From contig NW_021836533.1 of assembly GCF_006345805.1 (NCBI RefSeq), positions 1 through 24,166 on the forward strand: a stretch of 24,166 bases of DNA, read 5' to 3'. Source of the stretch: Octopus sinensis. Lineage: Eukaryota. The translations under genes and the position numbers were made by a program. Positions 1 to 11,756 of this stretch are shown here, in pieces (position 1 is the stretch's first letter; each line of letters begins with the position of its first letter). The notes beneath the pieces were generated by a model that saw only the letters and a list, made by a program, of their open reading frames with translations, did no database searches and was not told the origin of the DNA.

Positions 1-338
1 TAATACTGACGTTTGAGTTACAGCTTTGACTTTGTGTGCACACATACATACACACACGCACACGCACGCACACGCACACGCACACACACCACACACACAC
101 ACGCACACACACACATACACACAAACACACAAATCTTGAACGAATCAATTCTAATCAAGATGGTTTCGAGTTCAGTCCCTCTGCGTGACACTTCTAAAGT
201 CTTCGATCATTGGGGCGACCGAATCGTTGCGAGAGTATTTGGTAGATGGAAGCTGAAAGAAAACTGTCGTTGCACCCTCAGTTACTATCACTGACAACTG
301 AAGCTTTCTTTTTGACTTTTTATTGCGTCTAGCCATCC

Positions 339-345
<7 letters not shown>
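1..345 (+). repeat. Direct repeat copy A (pairs with 11381-11580)
   Basis: AATACT(G/C)ACGTTTGAGT..CAGCTTTGACTTTGTGTGCACA and GGGGCGACCGAATCGTTG...GCGTCTAGCCATCCTAGTTTA recur nearly identically at 11381-11580. Both copies end in (TA)n. Confidence 0.9.
150..270 (+). mobile_element. Degenerate 5' part of a tRNA-derived SINE
   Basis: B-box-like GGTTTCGAGTTCAGTCCC followed by GTATTTGGTAGATGGAAGCTGAAAGAAAACTGTCGT, resembling a common cephalopod SINE as I recall it. Confidence 0.55.
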
Positions 346-382
<37 letters not shown>

Positions 383-488
383 GTACATACATATAAATAT
401 GTAATTGTATGTATAATATATATATATACATATATATACATATATATACATATATATACAAATATATACATATAAATACAAATATATA

Positions 489-556
<68 letters not shown>

Positions 557-608
557 GTATATATATATACATATATATACCTATATATATATATTATATA
601 TATATATA

Positions 609-640
<32 letters not shown>

Positions 641-751
641 ACAAACATATACATATATATACATATATATACAAATTTATATATATATATATATAATATA
701 TACATATATATATATATGTATATATATATACATATACATATATATACAAAC

Positions 752-793
<42 letters not shown>
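345..793. repeat. (TA)n/(TACA)n microsatellite
   Basis: Seen directly. Similar tracts at about 2027-2230, 8269-8457, 11580-11757, 12083-12310, 12415-12596, 12821-12880, 13860-14245 and 16425-16480. Confidence 0.95.
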
Positions 794-798
<5 letters not shown>

Positions 799-1170
799 TA
801 CAAAATGTGAGAAGAACGCAAAACATCCGGACAACTAGGTGATACAAAAAGGGACAACAAAACATCCAGATAGACGATACAAAAAAGAAACACGGACGGG
901 TCATTCGAAGCCTTTTATCTTCAGTCAATAACCAGATCATGCTCGCAATTTCGTCTGATTAATCTTGAGATTGCTCCAATCTGGCCAGCTCCAAGGAAAA
1001 ACTAAGCTAAGAGCATTAGATTCCTTGGAAAAAAGCAAATAATGTATACGAAACAAGGACATAAAAACAGACGAAGTTACACGAATATCAATTCTAAAAC
1101 ACAATACAAAAACAAAAAACACAATAATAATAACAGGCGTCTTTCGACTGTGGACGAATTGAATTCAGGT
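794..1170. repeat. Unclassified element abutting (TA)n, with a short tandem subrepeat and a hairpin
   Basis: CAAAACATCC..GATACAAAAA occurs twice (about 818-890). CCAAGGAA...TTCCTTGG inverted pair at 991-1028. Family not identified. Confidence 0.35.
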
Positions 1171-1493
1171 GGCGTGTGTGGAAATGAAGCTTTACAACAG
1201 AGGGAAGAATATCGATGTGGCAGTGACCGTGGTCAGACGCAAAAAGGGCTAGCAGTCGGCCAACGGTCATGTGAGAAGAGAAGAGAGAGAAAAAATGAAC
1301 AAAGGAATTAAAGAGGGGGAGAAGAGAGACAGAGTGTTGAAGTAGATAGACGGAAGAATCAAGGAGTGGCGAGACAAAAAGAGAGAGACACGGACATAGT
1401 GAAATGCAAAATGAGTAATAAAAGCAAAGAAATGTGAGAGAGTGTTGAAAAAGTCGTACACAATTTAGTGAAATATGTATATACATACATACA

Positions 1494-1592
<99 letters not shown>

Positions 1593-1609
1593 GAGAGATA
1601 GAGGGGGTT

Positions 1610-2159
<550 letters not shown>

Positions 2160-2227
2160 TATATAATATATATGTATGTATATATGTGTGTGTGTCTGTG
2201 TGTGTGTATGTATGTATTTATGTATAT

Positions 2228-2402
2228 ATATTCTTGTATCTTTTCTGTTACTTCATTCATTAGATCAAGACCATGCTACAGTATCACCTTAAAATATTTT
2301 AGTCGAACAAATGGAACTCAATACTTCTTTTGCTTTAAGCATGGCACAGGTTTTATGAGAGATTTTTGACGAAACCCTGCGTTACAAGAACATAAACACA
2401 GC
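2228..2402 (-). mobile_element. Degenerate 3' half of a SINE
   Basis: Minus strand ...GACTAAAATATTTTAAGGTGATACTGTAGCATGGTCTTGATCTAATGAATGAAGTAACAGAAAAGA resembles the recalled cephalopod SINE tail and the LINE tail at 17395-17450. Confidence 0.55.
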
Positions 2403-2700
2403 AAAAAGAATATGTATGCACACTCGCGCATTCGGGCGTTCTGTTCTTCTAGAAGACCTCATTAGACTAAGCGGAGCAGGGGCACACCCGAGGACGAATA
2501 GTGTCGCTGAAGAGGTCACAGATGTATCATAAATGATTTACGGACAATGGACACGAGTAAAAATAAGAACAGTAAAAGTAAAATTTGGTGTGTTTGTTTG
2601 CGTTTGGCAAAGAAAACAACGTGACCATTCGAGAAACAAGAACATCTGTTTCAAATCACAGTTTGTTTTTAAGAATCAACAGAAATTCATACACGTATAC

Positions 2701-2732
<32 letters not shown>

Positions 2733-2734
2733 AT

Positions 2735-2935
2735 GTGACCGCGTGTGTACCTTGGCGATTTGTTTTTCCTCCGTCTTCTCTTCTCTGGATCTTTCCTTTT
2801 CCTATGTTTCTAACGAAGAGCTCCGATCGAAACGTGAAACCCTTCTTCTTCCCTTCCTTCCTGAGCGTCCAATATTACTATATTTCTTCCACGTCCTCGC
2901 TTTGTTGTGTTTTCTCTTTGTGTTTTCATGTCTGG

Positions 2936-2945
<10 letters not shown>
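2735..2945 (+). mobile_element. Penelope-type terminal fragment with degenerate hammerhead (2806-2840)
   Basis: GTTT-CTAACGA-A-GAGC TCC GATC-GAA-ACGT-G-AAAC has the hammerhead layout with core and cleavage-site mutations. The 3' end runs into (TA)n. A related copy lies at 12878-12965. Confidence 0.6.
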
Positions 2946-3016
<71 letters not shown>

Positions 3017-3033
3017 CCAGACATGAAAACACA
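2919..3033. repeat. Palindrome: exact 26-bp inverted arms around a (TA)n tract
   Basis: TGTGTTTTCATGTCTGGATTAATTTT (2919-2944) versus AAAATTAATCCAGACATGAAAACACA (3008-3033). Confidence 0.9.
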
Positions 3034-5923
3034 GTTTAGTTTTAAAGAAACCCACATCCACACCATGTAAGTCTCTCAGGCATTTAGGGAGGATGTTAAA
3101 GAGCTGTGGTCCTCTGAAACCCAAGCTGTTGCAGTATCTGGACCTGTATTTTGATGGTGATGTTGGAATCCTTGGCACCACGCATTGGCGCCCCGTTCTG
3201 CGGTTGGAGTAACTTTGAATGCCAAAGTTTGGGACAAGACCCTCCAGGATTTTCCAGATGTATATCATTGTATATCTCTCCCGCCTCCGCTCTAGGGAGA
3301 AGAGGTTTAATACCTTCAGTCTTTCCCAGTAGCTGATATTTTGCATTGAGACGATTTTCTTAGTGTAGCTTCTCTGAATTGCTTCGAGTTCTGCTGTTTG
3401 TTTTATATTGTGTGGTGACCAAAGTTGGGAGCAGTAGTCCAAGCGGCTGAGGACGAATGTTTTCCATGGGACCATCAGTGTCTCCTTCTCTCTTGTTCTG
3501 AAAGTTCGGAGAATCCATCCAGCTAGCCATCTGCATTTTATCACCAGATTAGCAATATGCATTTGGAAAGATGCATCACTGCTCATGTCAATGCCCAGGT
3601 CACGCACTGATTTTGACTCAGGGATTGCAATTCTTCCTGGGCCAGTGTATCCAGTCTTCACGTCATTTACCTTTGTGTGCCAGTAACGCAGGGCCTGGAA
3701 CTTACCTGCATTAAACTGCATGTTGTTGTCCTCAGCCCACCTGTATATTGTGTCCAGCTCATGTTGCAGATGCGCAATATTTTCAGGGTTTTGTATTGCG
3801 TGGGAGACTTTTGTGTCATCTGCATAGCTAGCAAGGGTGGTCATCGTAGCAACTGAAAGCATGTCTGAAAGGGCCACTATGAACATCATGGCCCCAAGAC
3901 AGTGCCCTGTGGGACACCGCTTGTTATTTGCGTTTCCTTGGAGGTGGCTCCATTGCTCACAACTGCCTGTTTTCTGTCTTTTAGGAAGTTGTGCAGCCAC
4001 TCTCCAAGTTTCCCGCCTATGCCGAGACCACGCAGTTTGTGACAGATCATACCATGGTCGACTTTATCAAAGGCTTTTGCAAAGTCGAGATATATTACAT
4101 CCACATTTGAGCCATTTAGTAGCTGTTTCAACACCCAGTCATAGTGTTGCAGGAGCTGTGTTAGGCAGCCTCTACCTGGTCGAAATCCATGCTGGGTGTC
4201 AGACAGCAAGTCATTTTCTTCAAGAACATGATTAGTTTCTTACGGACTATTCGTTCCATGACTTTGCTGATGTGTGAGGTCAGAGAGATAGGCCTATAAT
4301 TTTTAGCATCTGCTCTGCTACCTCCCTTATGGATAGGGCATATTACCCCCTCTTTCAATTTGACTGGGAGCTTACCACTTGCAAGAAAGCTCTGAAAAAG
4401 AAGCTGTAGCGGTTTTGCAAGGGCTCGTTTGCACGATTTGAGAAGGATCGCTGGGATCCATCAGGTCCAGCAGCTGAGTTTGTGTCAATCTCATCAATGG
4501 CTAGTGTGATATCATCATCTTCGATGTTGATGTACTCAATTTGTGTCTCTTTGGCTGCAGGTAAAGTGGCAAAGAATTCTTCTGGGTTGTTTACTTGCCT
4601 GTGTCCTAGAGGTGTAGTGAACACACTTTGGAACTGTTCGTTCAGTATTTCACTTATCCTCGTGGGATTTCCTGTGAGAGAGCCATCTTTTTGGAAGAGA
4701 GGTCCTATTCTCTGGTGCACTGTGGCTGTCTCTTTGGCAAACTTAAAGAAAGCTTTAGGGTTTGATTTTATATTTTCTATTACCCAAGCTTCTTTATTTG
4801 CTCTCTCCTTTTCAGGGGACTGATGTAGACTTTTCTCAGTTTCCATTAGCATTCTTTCGAGCCGAGACTTCTCACCACTTTTGGTGTGCTTGCTCAGGCG
4901 GTTTGCAATCCTTGTCAGTCGTCTCATAAGAATCCTCCTTTCTCTAGGGATCTTGTTTTTGTTCTTGTGTGTGCTGGCCCTGCACACTGGGACATATTTG
5001 TCACATATGGCTTGTATTATGGACATGAAGTGTTTGTGTTTCATGTTTATGTCCGGTGTGGAGAGACATTCAGGCCAATCCTGTTTGAGGATCTCTTTCT
5101 CAATCAACTTCCAGTTGGCTTTATGAAAGTTTAAGTTGGAGAGATAGTGGGTGCTTCGTATAGGCTGTGTGTCTGCGGGGGCTTTTGTTCCATACATAGA
5201 CAGCTCTATTATGTTGTGATCCGAGATCATTGTCGGCATCACATTAACATTATGGATAATATCCATATTGTTTGCGAAGCAGAGATCCAGTATATTATCT
5301 GCCCTTGTTTGTTGCAGAACTATTTGCTCCATGAAAGAGGCATTTGTGAGATGGAGCAGGGACTCCACCTGTGCCTGCTGATGGTGTGTCATCCCTGGGA
5401 GCATCTGCCCCCCAGGCCATTCCACATTGAGGAGGTTAAAGGTACCCATGAAGAATACACTGTTGTGCTGTTCAAGGTTGGTGAGGACTTCTCCTATTTT
5501 TGTTAGGCAGTCTTCAAACATGCCTGAGTGTTTTGGGGCATCTGGTGGGCGATATGTAGTGCATATGACGATATTCAGTTGTCTTATGTGTACAATTTGA
5601 GTTTCACATACTGAGTTTGAATATGACAGCAGGACCTGGGGCGTGAGGTCATCTCGGATGTACATTGCAACTCCACCATGGCTCCTCCCTTTTCTATCTG
5701 TGCGTATGACTGCATATTGCGGCATGTGTATTTCTGCATCACCTATATCGGGTTTAAGATGCGTTTCTGTGAGTGCCATGCATATAGCTTGATTGCATGT
5801 CACAAGGTCTCTCAGGAATGAGATTTTCTTTTTACAGTTTCCGCGCAGCAGCCCTCCTACATTCAGTAGAAATATTTTTGTGGTGTGTGTGTTGTGTTGG
5901 TGTCTGTGGTGGCCATCCTGCAT
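3034..5923 (-). pseudogene. LINE ORF2: APE endonuclease plus reverse transcriptase, three frameshifts
   Basis: APE motifs LNVGGL, LTETHL, YRPPD, G(T)FN, LDLCF, SDH. RT motifs NYRPISLTS, QHGFR, YLDFAKAFDKVDH, GVPQGTVLGP, YADDTK. CR1-type C-terminus LEAIQRSYTKKI..YWERLKVLNLFSLERRRER. Frameshifts near 4430, 4220 and 3890. Confidence 0.93.
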
Positions 5924-6753
5924 CTGTTGGAGGTGGCCTTATGTGGTGGTAGTTCCAGCTTTGTGCTTGTAGCCAGGTCAGCTGCTGACAATTTTTTGTG
6001 CCATGCACAAAAAAGATTGCTGTTCAGCTGCCGCCCTCTCACATCTGGGTGAAGCTGGCCACCTGTTGGGTTTCCGCGCACCACATCTGCATACCGTCTT
6101 TCAGTAGTGGTCAGTGCGCTTTTTTCCTTCTTTTAACTTTTTCTTTTTGTTCTCCCTGAGGAGGGACCTCTGTCTCGCGTCCGTGCGGTTTGGTAGGGCC
6201 TCCGATGTGCAAAGCGACAGTTTGCACCTTCGACGCCGTACCAGCAGTCCCCCCTCAGGTAGAATTTGCAGGTGTTTCTTTCCCTGCCCTTACAGTTCTT
6301 GCTGGGGTCCCTCTGCTTTCTCTGGACAGGGCTTCCTTTAGCCTTGATTCTGTCGCCCTTTACCTCCTGCTTCCCATCAATTTCAGGGTGCCTTTTCTTT
6401 CTTGCGGCCATCGCACTTCTTTTGTCTTCAGTTGTGGTGTTGGGAGCTGGACATGTGTCATCGTTTCCCTGTGTTCCAGGCTTCTCCGTTTGGTTCTGGA
6501 TGCTTTCTTCATCCTTTTGGCCCTCCCTGGTGCCGTCACCTCCCAGGATGATGTCCAGGGTGTCTACATGTGTCCTGATTAGAGCGTACGAACGGATAAA
6601 TTCTCGCTTCTTTCGCTCTATCTGGGCGGTGGTTCTCGAAAAATTGTTGCTTTTCAGCGCCGCTGCAATAATATTGTTCGGCGAGTCGTCCCCAGCAATC
6701 TTCCAAGCGCGGACGAATAATTGCACCTCTCTCGCAGACCAGTTTCTTGCCAT
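5832..6753 (-). pseudogene. LINE ORF1: Myb/SANT-like domain plus CCCH zinc finger, frameshifted C-terminus
   Basis: RNWSAREVQLFVRAW..IIAAALKSNNFSRTTAQIERKKREF, then CKFYLRGDCWYGVEGANCRFAH (C-x7-C-x8-C-x3-H). Shifted frames continue with RYADVVRG and QQLTWLQAQ..RRAAARKL*, overlapping the ORF2 start. Confidence 0.75.
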
Positions 6754-6764
6754 TTTCTTCTAGT

Positions 6765-7600
6765 GAAATATAGGAACAGAGATAGAGATAGAGAAGGAAA
6801 GATAAGATGGAGAGGGAGAAGAGAAAGGAGAAAAGCCAGGGGGGGATAGAGAGAGAGACGAGGGGATTGTCCTGAGAGAAGAGAGAAAGAGAGAAAATAA
6901 GAGGGAAAAAGAGAAAGGAGAAAGAATGGCAGGTACAGGGTGGAAAAGAGAGACAAGAGGGTGGACCCTAGGGGGGGCAGGGAGAAGAAAGGCGGAGAGA
7001 TAAAATGGAGAGGAAGAGAGAGAGAGATGAAATGGAGAGGAGAGAGAGAGAGGGCAGGATAGAGTACCAGGGAGTGAAGTAAAGGGACAGAGAGGGTGGT
7101 GTGGAGGAAGGAGACAGAAAGAGGAAAAAAGAGAAAGGGGGTGAGCCTTAGAGGGAGCAGGGAGAGGAAAGGTAGAAGAAAAAAGGGGGAAGAGGGAGAG
7201 AGGGGGCGCAACAGAGGTGCAAGAAGTGTAGTAAAGGGACAGGGAGTGGTTTAGAGTAAGAAATAGGGGACAGAAGGGGAAGAGGAAAAGGGTTTGACCT
7301 GTGAAGGAGCGAAAGGAAGAGGCAGAGAGAGGGAGGGGGAAAACAGAGAGAGAGAGAAAGAGGGCGGTATATAGATACAAGAGAGAATGAGTGAAGTTGA
7401 GGAACTGGGAGGGGGGGTGAGATGAGAGAAAGTTGATCTGAGAGAGATGCAGAAAGAGAAACGATGGCAGAGGGAGAGAGAGGGAGGAGGGGAGAGTGAG
7501 AGCGGAAATAGAGGGTCTGGGGGATGGAGACAGATAAGGTATAAACTGTATGAGAGAGATAGAAATTGAAATGTAAGAAAGAGAAGGAGAGAGTGTGTGG
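6765..7600. repeat. Long polypurine/polypyrimidine low-complexity tract, probable LINE 5' leader
   Basis: About 830 bp, largely G/A on the plus strand, directly upstream of the ORF1 ATG. Confidence 0.8.
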
Positions 7601-8930
7601 CAAAACGGAAGACAAATTATGAAGATAGATAGAATAGCGCGTATATTTATATCTTTTTTTAATTTTTATCTTCTGGTTGAAAGAACACTAATGATAATGA
7701 TAATAAATAAATAATATCTTCCTTACCTTACCGGCTGAGAGAATACTTATGTGATTCCTTTTTATAAGAAAGGAAGATAGATAGATAAGATAGACCTTTT
7801 TTATATTCCTTTATCGTATTTTGTAAACAAAAGGAAGGAAATTAGAGTTCCGATTTCGTACATGCAAATTTGACGATACTTTCTATATTTTCCTAAGCGA
7901 TTTGGTATTAAGCAGCAAATTTTTCAGAGGCTTTTTTCAGAACACGCGGATATACGACATCAAAAACGAAAATATCCTTCTCAAAAATACTGTGTCTTGT
8001 TGATTCACAGAAAAAGAATAAAATTCACTTCGATTTCGGGAAGTAACACACGTGCTTTTTAACACGTGTATTCGCGAGTATGTTCTAGTTGCAAATACTA
8101 TATCAAAAGCGAAAATATTCTTCTCAAATACAGTGACTTGTTGTACTCTCACTTATATTCGCTTTGCAGACAATTTCGCTTCTGATAACATCGATCTCTG
8201 GAAGGACTTCTTAAATCTTTTGGAGAGACACGTTAACACACTTGTTGTTAGTTCAGCGCCATCTTTGTTATATATATATATATATATAATATATATATAT
8301 AATATATATATATAATATATATATATATTATATATATATATATTATATATATATATATATATATGTGCATGTATGTATGTATGTATGTATGTATTATGTA
8401 TGTATGTATGTATGTATGTATGTATGTATGTATGTATGTATGTATGTATGTATGTATAATGCTTTGTACTACAGCACGTACATAAGTAAAGTCGTAAGTC
8501 GCGGGAAGTAGTGTAAAGTCATATTAGCAAATGACACACGTGTAATGGTGTAGAAATAACGCCCCAAAATTTTCCCAATCTCCCCTTTGGATATTGTTAC
8601 TGTAGAGAAAATATTTCCCAGTATTTTCGTCTCGTCTCTGATTCATATCTCAAATAAATACAACAGCTAAATACGGATTTGGAAATAAGCGGATGCACTT
8701 CAAGACGAGACAGCTTGGATTCCAACAACTATCTCAATAATATATTTGTAAATAGGTGTGTGTGTGTGTGTGTATACACATACACAACACATACACACAC
8801 GCACAATATATACATACACACACACACACACACTCATATATATGTATCTATGTATATAATACGGCGTATTATCTTCTGCCGAATATTTATATACATGAAT
8901 ATGCGTATATTTGTGTGAGGACGTATGTAC

Positions 8931-8961
<31 letters not shown>

Positions 8962-9304
8962 TGTATGTATGTATGTATGTATGTATGTATGTATGTATGT
9001 ATGTGTTTGTGTGTGTGTATGCGTGTGTGTGTGTATGTGTGTGTGTGTATTACTGCAATATTCTCACTTCACTCTTAAACTGCCATAAATACGGAGCGAG
9101 AGAAAGAGAGAGAGAGACAGACAGAGAAAGAGAAATGATTTTCAATTATTTCTGAAATTTACTCCATCACAATATCCTGATAGAATTTTACTAACATCTC
9201 GTAGCTAATAACTTTTTAAGAGAACAACAATATATAACACTAGCTTAAGGTGACCCGCTCTACGCGCGGGGTAAGAGTGTGGTTGTTACTTTCTGTTGCT
9301 TCCT

Positions 9305-9605
9305 TTCAGCACGTAAAAAGCACCATCCGAACGTGGCCGATTGCAGCGCCGCCTTGACTGGATTGTGTGTCGGTAGCACGTAAAAAGCACCAACCGATCG
9401 TGGCCGCTGCCAGCCCCCCCCCCCGGCACCTGTGCCGGCTGCACGAAAAAAGCACCCACTACACTCACAGAGTGGTTTGGGTTAGGAATGGCATCCACCT
9501 GTAGAAACACTTTCAGATCAGATTGGAGCCTGGTGCAGCCTCCTGGCTTCCCAGACCCCGGTCAAACTGTCCAACCCGTGCTAGCACGGAAAACGGACGT
9601 TAAAC

Positions 9606-9633
<28 letters not shown>
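9305..9633 (+). mobile_element. 5'-truncated SINE with RTE-like 3' tail, nested in the Helitron
   Basis: Three GCACG(T/A)AAAAGCACC subrepeats, then CCAACCCGTGCTAGCACGGAAAACGGACGTTAAAC(GAT)n, a stem-loop plus trinucleotide tail. Confidence 0.75.
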
Positions 9634-9636
<3 letters not shown>

Positions 9637-9929
9637 CTCCCTCTTTGTTTCTTTCTCCTTTCTCTCTCACTTTCCCACTCTCTTACTTTTCTTTTCTCTC
9701 GGACTCTCCCTCGCTTTCTCTTACTCTCTATCTTTATCTATCTCTCTCCCATTTATAAACAACAAAAGATGTGGAGTAAGTTGAGAAATAAAATATTTTG
9801 AAAGGTCAATCATAAATATCAGGCAGTGACAACGGAAAGGTCTGCTTCAAGGCAGACAGCAAAACACTAACATTTAAAAGAGACAGACGAACTTGCGAGC
9901 TGAATAAAAATAATAAAATATTGGAAACC

Positions 9930-10208
9930 AAAGTTTGAAGGGATAGAATCTGAGGATAGTAGAGTCACCATGGCTGGCATTTCTTAACGACGGACAGCAA
10001 CGTATTGACAGTTTAACGGCTGGCGTAAAATTTTGAACTTGATGTAAAAGAAAATTCCTAAACACCAAGTTTTGAAGTGATTCTATCTCACGACAGTAGA
10101 CTCACCATGGCAAGCATTGAAAACTTCTTCATCATGGACGGCAACACATTGACGATTAAAAGACTGGCGCAAATTTTTTAGCTTGATGTAACAGAATTCC
10201 TAAACACC
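9930..10208. repeat. Two diverged ~140-bp tandem units inside the Helitron
   Basis: AAGTTTGAAG..AGTAGA(G/C)TCACCATGGC..CTGGCG..CTTGATGTAA..AATTCCTAAACACC at about 9930-10067 and 10068-10208. Confidence 0.85.
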
Positions 10209-11110
10209 CGCTCCTTTAAATTTTAATCCCCTTCCAGCCCCATTTCGCCCCCTTTTCACAGTTTGGTTAATATAACCCGATTTCATTCGGGTCTACTGGG
10301 GCCACATGTATTTATAATTTTTAAAAAATATATATAACTATCAAAAAGTATTAAAAAGTTTAATATACATAAATACAGATATATACACTTTGTATATATG
10401 CATTATATATACATATTTATATAGAGCACACACACACACCACACACACACACACACACATCACATATAAACTAACCCAATAAATATCTGATTCATAATAT
10501 TTGTTCTCATGATTGCGTGGATGTGGTGGTGGTGGCGATGATAATTCTCTCTATGACGTTGAGAGAGAGAGAGAGTGTGAAAGCGCTGTCGAAGGCGGTG
10601 AGGGGGAGATGTATAACGCCGTGACACGAAGTTATAAAGAGAATTTGAAGGTAAGGGAGTTAGACGCCGTGAAACGACGTTATATATAGTAAGTGATGGG
10701 AAGGGAGGAAAGAGTGTGAGTGACGGAGGAAGACAGATAAATAAAAGAATGAGAGTAGACTTGTCAAGGTGAGTTTTTGGCCCTAGCAACGATACGTTTC
10801 AAGATGGGGATTTCTAACCTAGCCCACTCGCATCCTCACCTCATTTTACGTGTCCCTGTAAATTTTGGAGTCAATCCGACGGGATCTAGTGGCTTTTAAC
10901 CCGTTCTCAATGCCAAAACTAGACAAACAAACAAACAAACTTTTCGCATTTCAGAATTATAATATACAGATTTAATATTAAAGAAATGCTCAAATATAAT
11001 TTTGATTAAAAATATTCTTATATAGAATTTTATCAAATGACTTCGAATCATATGGAAATGCAAATTTCTTTTCTTTTAATCCAAACCCTGGGTCCTCGGA
11101 ATCCTAAACT

Positions 11111-11250
11111 AGGCGCGTGCTCGAATTCTTAGTGTACAGGTTTCAGCATCATAGGGCGATGAGTTCGATTCATATGCTGGGCAGTTTTTGATCCCCTTCC
11201 AAGTTAGTTCATTTGAGGTTGCTCACTTCAACCAGTGGAAAGGTAAACCA
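11111..11250 (+). mobile_element. Very degenerate tRNA-derived SINE head
   Basis: GGCGCGTGCTCG...GAGTTCGATTC (B-box-like) followed by GTTGCTCACTTCAACCAG. Confidence 0.35.
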
Positions 11251-11380
11251 GCTGCTTTATCAGTCTTTCTCTTCTGCTCTTACATTCTTGTTATTCCAGT
11301 GTGTCAAAGCCGAAAGAGCTTAGACAGTCTCCAGCATCTAATCAACATTAATTAATCACCTAAATTAGGGAAGCATGGAG

Positions 11381-11580
11381 CAATACTCACGTTTGAGTAT
11401 CAGCTTTGACTTTGTGTGCACAGGCACGCACACACACAAACACATAGGGGCGACCGAATCGTTGTGAGAGTATTTGGTAGATGGAAGCTGAAAGAAAACT
11501 GTCGTTGCACCCTCAGTTACTATCACTGACAACTGAAGTTTTCTTTTTGACTTTATATTGCGTCTAGCCATCCTAGTTTA
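11381..11580 (+). repeat. Direct repeat copy B (pairs with 1-345), lacking about 80 bp of the SINE head
   Basis: Alignment by eye to 1-345. The segment at about 131-210 is absent and the (CA)n tract is shorter. Confidence 0.9.
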
Positions 11581-11756
11581 TATATATATAGAAACATATA
11601 TATATATGTATATTTATATATATATATATATATATATGTATACATACGTACATACATACATACATATATATATACATACATATACATACATATATACATA
11701 TATATATACATACATATACATACATATATACTATATATATATATATATATATATAT

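Larger units (their letters stand above)
3034..7610 (-). mobile_element. CR1-group LINE, near full length, 3' end lost
   Basis: ORF1 followed by an overlapping APE-RT ORF2. The 5' limit is uncertain and is placed at the end of the pyrimidine-rich leader. Confidence 0.9.
9240..10970 (-). mobile_element. Non-autonomous Helitron with both termini
   Basis: Minus strand starts A|TCTGTATATTATAATTCTGAAATGCGAAAAG(TTTG)n and ends with the CCCGC-GCGTAGA-GCGGG hairpin, 10 nt, then CTAG|T. This fits the 5'-TC, 3'-hairpin-CTRR and A|T target hallmarks of Helitrons. Confidence 0.8.

Noticed and set aside
895-930. CTGAAGA...GAAT on the minus strand as a fourth hammerhead
   Set aside because: No convincing stem II, and GAAA is not intact.
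3151-6763. Plus-strand ORFs over the LINE (likewise over the mariner and at 19875-20312 and 22839-23330)
   Set aside because: Antisense shadows of transposon coding frames.
6654-7615. Leu/Ser/Pro/Phe-rich ORFs of 155-206 aa that look like membrane proteins
   Set aside because: Artefacts of the C/T low-complexity tract.
9305-9460. Regularly spaced GCACGTAAAAGCACC repeats as a CRISPR array
   Set aside because: The spacers are mutually similar, the context is eukaryotic and the repeats are part of a SINE.
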